This document shows, piece by piece, positions 40,289 through 48,842 of a DNA stretch of 64,000 nucleotides. The stretch is from the NCBI GenBank assembly GCA_963711565.1, contig CAVQEQ010000001.1, positions 128,001 to 192,000 on the forward strand, read 5' to 3'. Each line of letters begins with the position of its first letter. Positions within the stretch are counted from its first letter, which is position 1. A program made the position numbers and the translations under genes. This DNA is from an uncultured delta proteobacterium. GTDB taxonomy: Bacteria; Desulfobacterota; Binatia; Binatales; Binataceae. The notes below the pieces were generated by a model that did not search any database, had not been told where the DNA came from, and saw only the letters and a list, made by a program, of their open reading frames with translations.

Positions 40289-41074
40289 ATGGCGCTCAAC
40301 GTCTATGCGTTCACGTGCGGATGGCTGACGATGCCGGCCGCGCTGCTGCTCGCCGGGGAAAAGGGGAGCCTGACGGTGCCGGTGCCTGCGTATCTGATCG
40401 AGCATCCGAAGGGGCGCGCGATCTTCGACAGCGGGCTTCACGTCGAGACGCAAACGGAGCCGAACCGGCGGCTGGGACGGCTCGCGCAGTATCACACGGT
40501 CGGATTCAAAGCCGGCGAGGAGATTGCGACGCGCCTCGAATCGCTCGACGTGGCGCCCTCGAAGATCGATTTCATCATCAACTCACATCTCCATTTCGAT
40601 CATTGCGGCGGCAATGGGCAATTGCCGAACGCGACCTTGCTGATACAGCGCCGCGAGTGGGAAGCCGGCCACAATGCCGAACTGATCGAAAGCGTCTATT
40701 ACAATCCGCACGACTACGACCACGGGCATCAGGTGAAAATGATCGACGGCGAGCACAACGTCTTCGGCGACGGCTCGGTCGTGTGTATCCCGACTCCCGG
40801 CCACACTCCCGGTCATCAGTCGATCCGCGTGCGAATCGGCGGCGACGAAGTCGTGATGACCGGTGACGCATGCTACCTGCGCCGCACGCTCGACGATTTC
40901 CACCTGCCGACCGCGATGTACGATCGCGAGCAGATGCTCGAATCGATACGGCGACTGCGCGCACTACGAGATGGCGGCGCGATGATCATCACAGGTCACG
41001 ACCCCGAGCTGTGGAAGACGATCCCGCAGGCGCCGAACCGGCTCGCGGCGGTGCGGCCCGCAGCCACCGCCTGA
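40289..41074 (+). CDS. N-acyl homoserine lactonase family (AiiA-like MBL)
   Basis: SHLHFDHCGG, TPGHTPGHQS, GDACY and GHD. Confidence 0.85.
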   Translation: MALNVYAFTCGWLTMPAALLLAGEKGSLTVPVPAYLIEHPKGRAIFDSGLHVETQTEPNRRLGRLAQYHTVGFKAGEEIATRLESLDVAPSKIDFIINSHLHFDHCGGNGQLPNATLLIQRREWEAGHNAELIESVYYNPHDYDHGHQVKMIDGEHNVFGDGSVVCIPTPGHTPGHQSIRVRIGGDEVVMTGDACYLRRTLDDFHLPTAMYDREQMLESIRRLRALRDGGAMIITGHDPELWKTIPQAPNRLAAVRPAATA

Positions 41075-41314
41075 AGGAATATCCCGAACGTGTCGATTGT
41101 CCGCGGCCTTCAGGCCTGGAGATCCCATCGGTGGGAGTACGCCCACCTCAAACCTCGAGGCTCACTCGAAGTACAAGCACCAATAATATTTCGGGCCATG
41201 TATGTAGTTTGATTCCCGCCCGACATGAGGCAAGACGCGGACAATATCTGGTAGTGTCCTAATTTGGGCATTAATATACTTGACTCACCACGCTAGTTAT
41301 GCGATGATTCAAGC

Positions 41315-42253
41315 ATGAACGCACCAAGGACACTACAGGAAGCGATCCTCTACTTCTCCGACCCTGATCGATGCCTCGACTTCATGGTCGATATTCGCTG
41401 GCCGCGTGGCGTCATCTGTCCGACGTGCCGGAGCAGCGAAGTCTATTTCCTGAAATCGCGGCGCGTCTGGAAGTGCAAGAACAAGCATCCCAAGCAGCAA
41501 TTCAGCGCCAAGGTAGGGACGGTATTCGAGGATTCGCCTATCGGTCTGGATAAGTGGTTTGCTGCGGTCTGGATGATCGCCAACTGCAAGAACGGCGTTA
41601 GCTCATACGAGATTCATCGGGCGCTGAAAGTGACGCAAAAGACGGCGTGGTTCATGGACCATCGCATCCGGCTCGCGATGCAGGCTGGATCGTTTGAGAA
41701 GGTAGCAGGGGAGTTTGAAGTAGACGAGTCTTTTATCGGCGGCCTCGCCCGCAACATGCACAAGAACAAGAAGGCAAAGATCACAGGCACGGGCGGGGCC
41801 GGAAAAGCAATCGTGATGGGTCTGCTAGATCGTAAGACGAAAAAGATTCGACTCCGGCACGTCGCCAATACGCAACGCGAGACGCTTCAGGGCGTGGTGC
41901 GCGAGTACGTCGAAGGCGGTTCATACGTCTACAGCGATGCTTGGGTCGCCTACAACGGATTGGATCGCGAGTACATTCATCAGGTGATTGACCACGCCGA
42001 AACCTATGTTAAGGGCAACGTCCATACGAACGGCATTGAGAATTTTTGGAGTCTGCTAAAGCGCGGTCTGAAAGGGACCTACATCAGCGTCGAGCCGTTC
42101 CATCTGTTTCGCTATCTCGATGAACAGGCGTTCCGATTCAACGAGCGCAAACAGAATGACGGCGGACGATTCATCACTGCGATGGAAGGCGTCACGGGCA
42201 AGCGTGTCACTTACGAAAAGCTAACTGGAAAAGCAGAAGAAGCGGTCGCCTGA
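41315..42253 (+). CDS. IS1595-family transposase
   Basis: Zn ribbon CPTC...WKC, HTH GVSSYEIHRALKVTQKTAW, EVDE, YSDAW...Y, HTNGIENFWSLLKR and YLDEQAFRFN. Confidence 0.96.
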   Translation: MNAPRTLQEAILYFSDPDRCLDFMVDIRWPRGVICPTCRSSEVYFLKSRRVWKCKNKHPKQQFSAKVGTVFEDSPIGLDKWFAAVWMIANCKNGVSSYEIHRALKVTQKTAWFMDHRIRLAMQAGSFEKVAGEFEVDESFIGGLARNMHKNKKAKITGTGGAGKAIVMGLLDRKTKKIRLRHVANTQRETLQGVVREYVEGGSYVYSDAWVAYNGLDREYIHQVIDHAETYVKGNVHTNGIENFWSLLKRGLKGTYISVEPFHLFRYLDEQAFRFNERKQNDGGRFITAMEGVTGKRVTYEKLTGKAEEAVA

Positions 42254-42287
42254 AAGAAGCGACAGAAACGGGGAAAGCGCGGGCGAG

Positions 42288-42446
42288 TCAGGTTGCGGGT
42301 TTCTTCTTCTTCAATCGATCAGCACGCCAGCGTGCCTCTTCAATTTCTACTTCCTTTTTCGGCACCGCGACGAGTCCGCGAATGAGAAGTTTGAATCGGT
42401 TGAACGGACTACCTCGTTCCAACTTGGTCTGTTCTCTCGTTTTCAC
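42288..42446 (-). CDS. 52-aa basic protein (missed by the ORF track)
   Basis: Manual translation MKTREQTKLERGSPFNRFKLLIRGLVAVPKKEVEIEEARWRADRLKKKKPAT*; the GTG start overlaps the upstream TGA (GTGA). Confidence 0.65.
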   Translation of the reverse strand: MKTREQTKLERGSPFNRFKLLIRGLVAVPKKEVEIEEARWRADRLKKKKPAT

Positions 42447-42895
42447 GATTCCCAATCCTGACGATGCCGTTTCATTACGCGATCAACCTTGCCATATGTC
42501 TCTTCCAGCACTTCAAGATGAGCATGCTCAATATCGGAGAGATTGCCCAATTTACTGGACCACTTACCGTCCCGAAGCTGGCGCGCGACGTGGGAAGCGC
42601 CCTCGTTATCTGCATAGATCGCGATTTTCTCAAATCCTACTTCGTATGTACGATCATCGGTTTCTTCATAGCCGTGTCGCCGGAATATTTCTGCCCATTG
42701 GTCCGGCAAATCATCGTCGCCGACTCCAGGCGGCCAATAGTATCCCTCGACTACTGCGCCGGACACCCACTTTCGACCGATATCACCAACCGCCCATGAC
42801 ACGCAATTGTATTTGGGTGTTGCGCAACTTGTGATCGTATAGTCCGACAGCGTCAGACTAGGGAACTCTTCCTGAATATCGTCGTGAGCTTTCAA
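42443..42895 (-). CDS. Putative papain-like Cys/His catalytic domain protein
   Basis: YNCVSWA...SHVARQ...WSSKLG...DIEH; TTGA overlap with the upstream gene. Confidence 0.7.
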   Translation of the reverse strand: MKAHDDIQEEFPSLTLSDYTITSCATPKYNCVSWAVGDIGRKWVSGAVVEGYYWPPGVGDDDLPDQWAEIFRRHGYEETDDRTYEVGFEKIAIYADNEGASHVARQLRDGKWSSKLGNLSDIEHAHLEVLEETYGKVDRVMKRHRQDWES

Positions 42896-43425
42896 GGTAA
42901 AAAGTTATTTGCCTTGCCCCACGCGATCCACGCGTTCACTGCTTCATCAAATGATGCGGCTTTGGGAGCTTGGTCTTTACCTGTTATTGCGGCGAGCGCC
43001 CACATCCAGTCATCTGGTCTCTCAGACATTTCTGTAAGAATCAAAGTTATAGCGGCGCGACCCATGCCAATAATCTGTTGATAGGCGGGATGAGTTACCT
43101 TTCGTCTCAAGACAGAAATGGCTTTTGTTTCTTTGCGCCATTGTTGAGAAAGCCTGCGAAACTTCGATTCTATTGTCTCCGCTGGAGCGAAATGTTCTGG
43201 CAGATAAACAATTGCATAGCCGCGCACATCAGGATGGAATGCACGATAGGAAAAGGCCGCCGCTTGATATCTACAAGAAAGTGGTTCATAAGCTGTCTTA
43301 GAACCTATGACCTCAGCCTCTAACTCCATTGCCTGTGGTGTTTGAATGCACCACTCGCGTTTAAGAAGAGCAAGGCGTTTGACCGTCTCTGGTTCCATCT
43401 TTAGGACAGATCCTTTATGTTCCAC
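42892..43425 (-). CDS. Helical hypothetical protein (HPAYQQIIGMG type)
   Basis: QWRKET...HPAYQQIIGMGRAAITLIL...WMWALAAITG...AWIAWG; overlaps both neighbours. Confidence 0.72.
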   Translation of the reverse strand: MEHKGSVLKMEPETVKRLALLKREWCIQTPQAMELEAEVIGSKTAYEPLSCRYQAAAFSYRAFHPDVRGYAIVYLPEHFAPAETIESKFRRLSQQWRKETKAISVLRRKVTHPAYQQIIGMGRAAITLILTEMSERPDDWMWALAAITGKDQAPKAASFDEAVNAWIAWGKANNFLP

Positions 43426-44057
43426 CGTTGGAACAGTCGTCGCAACGTAACAGCCTTGTCTTGTGCCCGATTCAATATGTCTTGCAGGGTCGCTAGGTCA
43501 TCGTCATCGAGCGCAACATAAAAGTCTTTGTGCTGGCCATTTTCATGGCTACTTACTTTCAACATATGAAATATGACTGCTCCCATTGGTTCTTCTGAGG
43601 CGTCCGATTTGAAGGCATGACGAACATCCGTGAAAATGCGAGCGCCGCAGAAGACGTGGTCATGGTCGGTTTGAAGGGTAAGAGCCTTTGATTTGACACT
43701 CACTTCCTCCACATTAAGCAAATATCCTAACCTGCGTTTGAAAGCTTCATAGTCTTGTCCAAGGTGCAATGCCGGAATGTCAGTCCGATTCATCGCTTGG
43801 CAGACATCCTCCACAAATTTATCAATCGCAACATCGGCCGACGCGCGAATCAGATAAAGCGCCTTGACCAGTTCCGCGAACTGGCGAGCCTCCTCGTCTG
43901 TGAAAATTCCCTCCTTGGAAAGACGATCCGCTAACCCTGGCGAACGTAGGTCGGCGACTTCGCTGATGACTGAAACAACTCTCTCGACCACGCCTTCGTT
44001 AAGAGTACGTAGGCGCGCCAGCGCCTCGTTATACCGTTCTGGAATTTGTAAGGGCAC
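43401..44057 (-). CDS. Putative prokaryotic COMMD-like protein
   Basis: About 120-aa helical N-terminal domain followed by a beta-beta-beta-alpha pattern (ARIFTDVRHAF / AVIFHMLKVS / DFYVALD / DDLATLQDILNRAQDK) resembling a COMM domain. The fold is inferred by eye. Confidence 0.62.
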   Translation of the reverse strand: MPLQIPERYNEALARLRTLNEGVVERVVSVISEVADLRSPGLADRLSKEGIFTDEEARQFAELVKALYLIRASADVAIDKFVEDVCQAMNRTDIPALHLGQDYEAFKRRLGYLLNVEEVSVKSKALTLQTDHDHVFCGARIFTDVRHAFKSDASEEPMGAVIFHMLKVSSHENGQHKDFYVALDDDDLATLQDILNRAQDKAVTLRRLFQRWNIKDLS

Positions 44058-44572
44058 TTTTGTTTTTCTCAGCGGATTATAAATGCGTGGAGTAGTCCGG
44101 CTTTACTTCACCGCCGTCCGGCGGGATATAGGAGTACCATGCAAAAGTCAAGCCCTGCTTCCGCAGGTCCAGAATCGAGTGTTCCACAGCGTTTCACTAT
44201 TTGGAAGGGCCTAGCGGGAATAGGAGGGCGGGCTATTTTCGATCGTTGTTTGATCGCTTATTAGCGCGAGGCGGTTCTGAAAGTAGCGGGGCTTTCTGGA
44301 GCACGCGGCGCGTTGTATAGTATTTACATCATTGGGCCGGAGGTGCAGGTGGATGGATTTCATTCTGCTAGATCACAGTTAAATGAACGGCCTTGGATGT
44401 TGGAGCACCCAAGGCCGTGGGCGGGAAACCGTAAAATTTTTGGCTTGAAAGCGACAGTCCCCGCCGGAGCAGGACCAGCGGTATTGACAATACCCCCGCT
44501 CTAAACCGTTTTCAAGCCTCCCTGTTCGTAGCCGGTTTTCTATGAAAACCGCGATGGTGAGGTACGCCTAAA

Positions 44573-44821
44573 ATGGCGCTTTACAAATATTCTCAATTTA
44601 TCGTGCAGAGCAACGACGAAGCATTCGATAGGCTTTACGATCCAGGTGCGATTACGCCGCATTCTGGTATCTATAAATGCAACGTCTGTCGATACGAAGT
44701 CGCGTCGATAGAGGGCAGACCGCTGCCGCCTCCAAGCGATTCGAATCATGCAGGGTGGGTTTGTACCCCCGGCAGCGTGAGGTGGCGGCTAGCCGTGTAC
44801 GCCGTCCACAAAAGGGGCTAA
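44573..44821 (+). CDS. Small Zn-ribbon protein (YjzC / 'protein L'-like)
   Basis: PGAITPHSGIYKCNVC...PLPP...WRL; GAGGT RBS. Confidence 0.7.
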   Translation: MALYKYSQFIVQSNDEAFDRLYDPGAITPHSGIYKCNVCRYEVASIEGRPLPPPSDSNHAGWVCTPGSVRWRLAVYAVHKRG

Positions 44822-45031
44822 AGGCTTCTCGCCAATAGTCAGGGCGGGCAGCACTTCCGGCACCGGCTGGCAGTGCTGCCACGCCAAGCCTGCGATCTGC
44901 GCAAGCGCGGTTGCTACGAATAGCAGCTTCTCTTGCGCAATATTCCGGTTCATAAACTCGATCACTTTCTCAACATCCTTGTCCAGTCGAATTTCCATCA
45001 TCCCATCCTCTTCAAATAAATGGCCTGTCAC
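44789..45031 (-). CDS. Hypothetical small protein (IS passenger)
   Basis: 80-aa ORF directly downstream of a TTGACT-17-TATTTT promoter-like sequence at the right TIR. Confidence 0.4.
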   Translation of the reverse strand: MTGHLFEEDGMMEIRLDKDVEKVIEFMNRNIAQEKLLFVATALAQIAGLAWQHCQPVPEVLPALTIGEKPLAPFVDGVHG

Positions 45032-45081
45032 GTGCTGGCAAAATAGCCCAATCTGTCAGGTGAGTCAAGTATATTAATGCC

Positions 45082-45180
45082 CTAATTTGAAACTCGCTCG
45101 ACCAATTCGCCTGCCGTCCAAATGTGATCGCTGATTCCGTCCGCCATCGCGGGCGTCATGCGCAGCGTCTTGTGAATCCG
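45082..45180 (-). pseudogene. C-terminal remnant of an IS1-like transposase
   Basis: Reads RIHKTLRMTPAMADGISDHIWTAGELVERVSN*, matching the H..L..TPAM.AG..DH.W pattern; the stop lies within the TIR. Confidence 0.75.
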
Positions 45181-45204
45181 TACCGGATTGTCATAGTCGA
45201 AATC

Positions 45205-45426
45205 ATGGCGCAGAAGAGACGTATGCGCAAAATCGTGAGGGCAACGGTTCGCGTGTGGTCGTTTTACAAATGTGATAAGTGCGGCGGTCGTATCGAAGAA
45301 CGGGAAAGAGGAGAGCGAGCATCGTGGTCAGGGCGGCCAAATTCCGTCCCCATCTACATCTACCGTTGTCTTGATTGTGGGCATACGTTCAAGCAGCAGC
45401 AGATGCTGACGAAATTTTCAAATTAG
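45205..45426 (+). CDS. Small Zn-ribbon protein inside the mini-element
   Basis: CDKCGG...YRCLDCGHTF; the TAG stop is supplied by the right TIR. Confidence 0.5.
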   Translation: MAQKRRMRKIVRATVRVWSFYKCDKCGGRIEERERGERASWSGRPNSVPIYIYRCLDCGHTFKQQQMLTKFSN

Positions 45427-45457
45427 GACACTACCTCTCACCCTCAGAGCCTTGTCG

Positions 45458-46327
45458 ATGACGAGTACTCGTAACCGTGCGGTCGCCGCGGCGATGGGCG
45501 CTGCTGCAGCGCTTGGCCTGACAGTCGATGATGCGATCGTGCTCCAGGAGTCGAACAAGCTCGCTGTGCGCCTGCTGCCGTGCGACGTTCTTGCCCGGGT
45601 CGCGGAGGAGCACATCAAGCGCTGGGCGGAGTTCGAAGTCGAGCTTGCTTTACGGCTCGCGGAAACCGGGAGTCCCGTAGGAGCGCTTGAGCCTCGGGTC
45701 GCGCCGGGCGTCTACGTGCGTGACGGCTTTGTGGTCACGCTGTGGACCTACTACGAGCCTGTGCCGTCCCGAGAGTTCGCGCCGGCCGACTACGCCCACG
45801 CGCTCGAACGGCTGCATGACTGCATGCGGCAGATCGACTTCCCTACACCGCACTTTACGGATCGAATCACCGACGCCCAACGGCTTATCGGAAGCCGAGA
45901 CCAGACTCCAGAGCTCGTTGACGCGGACCGTGAACTTCTCAGCAACACGTTACGAAGTCTGCGGCAGGCGATCAGCGCTCGCGGGCGCCCCGAACAACTC
46001 CTGCACGGCGAGCCACACCCGGGCAACGTGCTCAGGACGAACAAGGGCCTGGTGTTCATAGACCTCGAGACCTGTTGCCGCGGGCCCGTCGAGTTCGATC
46101 TCGCCTACGTGCCCGAAGAGGTGAGCGTGCTCTACCGGAGCACCGATCAACAGCTGCTCCGCGAATGCCGGGTCCTGATGCTTGCGATGGTCGCAGCATG
46201 GCGCTGGGATCGAAACGACCAATTCCCCAACGGGCGACAAGAAGCGCGAGAATTCGTCAGCGAGCTCCGGGCGGCACTGTCGGGCGCACCCTTCTCGACG
46301 CACTTGCCGCGCTGGACTGACACCTGA
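45458..46327 (+). CDS. Aminoglycoside phosphotransferase / choline-kinase-like protein
   Basis: LERLH, Brenner-like motif LHGEPHPGNV and FIDLE...GPVEFDLA. Confidence 0.88.
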   Translation: MTSTRNRAVAAAMGAAAALGLTVDDAIVLQESNKLAVRLLPCDVLARVAEEHIKRWAEFEVELALRLAETGSPVGALEPRVAPGVYVRDGFVVTLWTYYEPVPSREFAPADYAHALERLHDCMRQIDFPTPHFTDRITDAQRLIGSRDQTPELVDADRELLSNTLRSLRQAISARGRPEQLLHGEPHPGNVLRTNKGLVFIDLETCCRGPVEFDLAYVPEEVSVLYRSTDQQLLRECRVLMLAMVAAWRWDRNDQFPNGRQEAREFVSELRAALSGAPFSTHLPRWTDT

Positions 46328-46416
46328 ATCGTGCTGAAACTTCCAGCCAGACCCCTAATTGCCGGTGAATTTCGACGCTCTGGCCTCGTCTATTGGTCAG
46401 GGCGACCCTGTCCGCC

Positions 46417-47130
46417 ATGGAGAGCGACGGTCTGATGCCTGAATGCGGCGACATAGCCTTGATGCTGGGACCTGCCGGGGACGGCGAACTGGAGCCGGGC
46501 GACCTGCGGCAAGTGGCGCATCATGTTGAGCGCTGCCCTTCCTGCACGGGCGAGCTTTCCGACTACTCCGCAATCGGCCACGAGCTGCGGGCGCTCGTGG
46601 TGATGCCCTCGCTCGAAGGCTTTACCAAATCGGTACTGGCGGCAATCGCAGCAATCGTCGTCGTCGCGATTTTCGCGCTCACGATCCACGACAACGTCAA
46701 CATCGTGAATGTTGCGCGATCCGTGCCCGACACCATCGCGAGCAGACCGCAAGCTCCATCGGCCGCGGTTGAGCCGGTCAGGGTGTTCGACGTGCGAGTG
46801 GATTCGGCTTTCGTCGCCGATACAGCGTTCGGCTCTTTCAGTCATACGAAGGGGTTGACGGAATCGGGCAAGATGCTCGTGTTCAAACTGCCGGACGGGA
46901 AGACTCTGCACGTCCAGCCGCGCGCGCTCAGCGGCGGCATGATCTCAATGGAGGTCGTGTTGTTCGACGGCGATCGGCCGACGATGACGGCCAACTTGAA
47001 ACTCGGCAGCGGCGACACTTTCGCGCTGAGCGGAGAGACTTACGGCGGAGCCACGCTTCTCATCCGGATCAGCCCGCGGATTAGCCCGATCACAGCGGCG
47101 ATCGCATCTCCGGGCCCGCCCTCGTCTTAG
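46417..47130 (+). CDS. Zinc-binding anti-sigma factor (zf-HC2) membrane protein
   Basis: DGEL...HVERCPSC (HxxxCxxC), one TM helix and an extracytoplasmic C-terminus; start uncertain. Confidence 0.72.
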   Translation: MESDGLMPECGDIALMLGPAGDGELEPGDLRQVAHHVERCPSCTGELSDYSAIGHELRALVVMPSLEGFTKSVLAAIAAIVVVAIFALTIHDNVNIVNVARSVPDTIASRPQAPSAAVEPVRVFDVRVDSAFVADTAFGSFSHTKGLTESGKMLVFKLPDGKTLHVQPRALSGGMISMEVVLFDGDRPTMTANLKLGSGDTFALSGETYGGATLLIRISPRISPITAAIASPGPPSS

Positions 47131-48764
47131 GGGGCCGAGAGCAAGCTCTTCCCGGCCAGTCGAGTGGTGGGTTCAACCCCGAGCAACTGCACGATGGTGG
47201 GAGTGAGGTCGGCGGACGAGCGAACGCCGCGATCTCCAGGCTCAAGGCCTGGCGCCGCGAGGTACGCTACTCCGTTGCTCGTGTGCCCGCCGGTCCTCCG
47301 GAGAGGGACAGGACCGATGAGCCCAAGGCGCGGATGCTGGAGGGCAGCGGCCACGTCGCGCCAGACGACAAGCAGATCCGAGTCGGAACTCGCCAGGGTC
47401 AGAGGGTTTGCGGCCGACGGCCTCTCGATCGAGGCGACCGCCGGCTCGCCGGTGCGAGGGTCGCGGCACTCGGCGAGAAGGGTCTCGACTGCGCGGCAGG
47501 TCTCCTCGTACTGCGATAGATCGACGATGCCATCACGCTCGCGGCCGCGCAGATTAATGCGGATGCGGCCGTCGCGGAACGAAGGTAACGCGAAGGCCGC
47601 CATTTGCGGCCAGTGGCGCCGGTACTGATACGACGGCATATAGCCAACATCTTGCACCAGCCTCTTCGGGGCTGGGTGGCGGGCGCGCCAGTCGGCAGCC
47701 GCGGACTGGACCCCTCTAAGCAAGTTCTTAACCGGTTCCGGCAGACGTTTGGCGATTGCGCGTAGATTGCCGACGGACTCAGACTCGTCGGGGGGAACCC
47801 ACGTCCAGCTCACCGAGCTCCACTCCAGATGCTCGTCGAGGATGGGCAACAGGTTCGGGGTAGCCGTCCATGCCGGAGGGAGCGCGAGCAGCGGGCGGCC
47901 GAAATTGTGGCGGTAGAGCAACTCGGGGAGCAGAACCATCGATTGGATATCGGAACTGTTCGGCCCCATCCCGCCCGTGTTGAACGCGATGACAGCAGCA
48001 TCGCCGGCGGCGTCAACGAGCTGCCCGACCATGCGGTCCAAACCCCGGTGGATCTCCAACAACGCAGCAGCGGCCGCCGCGGCCGAGGAATGCGTGTTGA
48101 GGGGATGACCGGGGTCGACGCCGTGCCATAGTCCCTCGACGGCACCGTGGAGCTCGCCAGCGACCGTGAAGAAGAAATACCACTGGGGGAACCGCTCGGC
48201 TGCCAACCATCGGGCCGCGCGGCCGCGCACATCCAGGGCCTGACTGAGAGCTTCTCCCATCAGCCGGGATCGCGACGCGGAGGGCCACGGTCCTCCATAT
48301 ATCCACTCGTCGGCGGGATAGTGACCGAACCGTCGCACGAACTCAGGCAGCAACGCCGCCGGCTGGGCGGCTCTGACGGTCCCGGAACCGTGCGAGCCCC
48401 ACGACACGATCCCTTCTGTGTTTCGGGCGTCGCAGAGATCTACGAATGGCACGTCGAACACCACTACCCGAAGGTCGGTGCTGTCCCACCACGGCGCGAA
48501 TTGGACGCCAACCTGGCACGCAGTGTAGCAAGCCGGATCGAACTCCACGGGGCTCCAGCGGCGTGCTTGTTCCGGCGAGAGCCCCGAGGTCACGTGCTCC
48601 CACGGGAGACCTGTGCGCCGGGCGGGCCCCTCGTCGAGGAGAAAACGGGCGGCGCGCTTTCTCAAGGCTGCCAGGGCTGGCATCTGACCCTCGGCCATGT
48701 ACCGTTCGGCCAAGGTGACTTCAAAGCCATCAAGGCCGATAGCCATCACCCTGTGACGCGCCAT
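47127..48764 (-). CDS. Alkaline-phosphatase-superfamily / nucleotide pyrophosphatase-like protein
   Basis: IGLDG...MPALAAL, RINLRGRERDGIV, RTGGH and DLTPTI; AAGGAGG RBS before ATG 48764. Confidence 0.82.
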   Translation of the reverse strand: MARHRVMAIGLDGFEVTLAERYMAEGQMPALAALRKRAARFLLDEGPARRTGLPWEHVTSGLSPEQARRWSPVEFDPACYTACQVGVQFAPWWDSTDLRVVVFDVPFVDLCDARNTEGIVSWGSHGSGTVRAAQPAALLPEFVRRFGHYPADEWIYGGPWPSASRSRLMGEALSQALDVRGRAARWLAAERFPQWYFFFTVAGELHGAVEGLWHGVDPGHPLNTHSSAAAAAAALLEIHRGLDRMVGQLVDAAGDAAVIAFNTGGMGPNSSDIQSMVLLPELLYRHNFGRPLLALPPAWTATPNLLPILDEHLEWSSVSWTWVPPDESESVGNLRAIAKRLPEPVKNLLRGVQSAAADWRARHPAPKRLVQDVGYMPSYQYRRHWPQMAAFALPSFRDGRIRINLRGRERDGIVDLSQYEETCRAVETLLAECRDPRTGEPAVASIERPSAANPLTLASSDSDLLVVWRDVAAALQHPRLGLIGPVPLRRTGGHTSNGVAYLAAPGLEPGDRGVRSSADLTPTIVQLLGVEPTTRLAGKSLLSAP

Positions 48765-48842
48765 CCCGGAACCTCCTTGCGGTTTTTCCGCCGCTACAAG
48801 ATCACATGACACGACCGTCTATCAAGGGGGTTGCCCAGCCAA

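Larger units (their letters stand above)
41267..45081 (+). mobile_element. IS1595-family transporter IS with passenger genes
   Basis: Perfect 23-bp TIRs GGCATTAATATACTTGACTCACC at 41267-41289 and 45059-45081; 8-bp TSD CTAATTTG at 41259-41266 and 45082-45089. Confidence 0.95.
41250..45435. mobile_element. Miniature IS1-like element (about 363 bp when reconstructed), interrupted in its left TIR by the IS1595 element
   Basis: Removing IS1595 and one TSD restores GGTAGTGTCCTAATTTGAAA, the exact inverse of 45416-45435. The element contains a transposase C-terminal remnant. Confidence 0.8.

Noticed and set aside
40289-41074. AHL lactonase as evidence of quorum quenching
   Set aside because: The family motif alone does not define the substrate, and no quorum-sensing genes are nearby.
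45458-46327. APH-family gene as an antibiotic-resistance cargo of the transposon
   Set aside because: It lies outside both sets of TIRs and belongs to a broad kinase family with unknown substrate.
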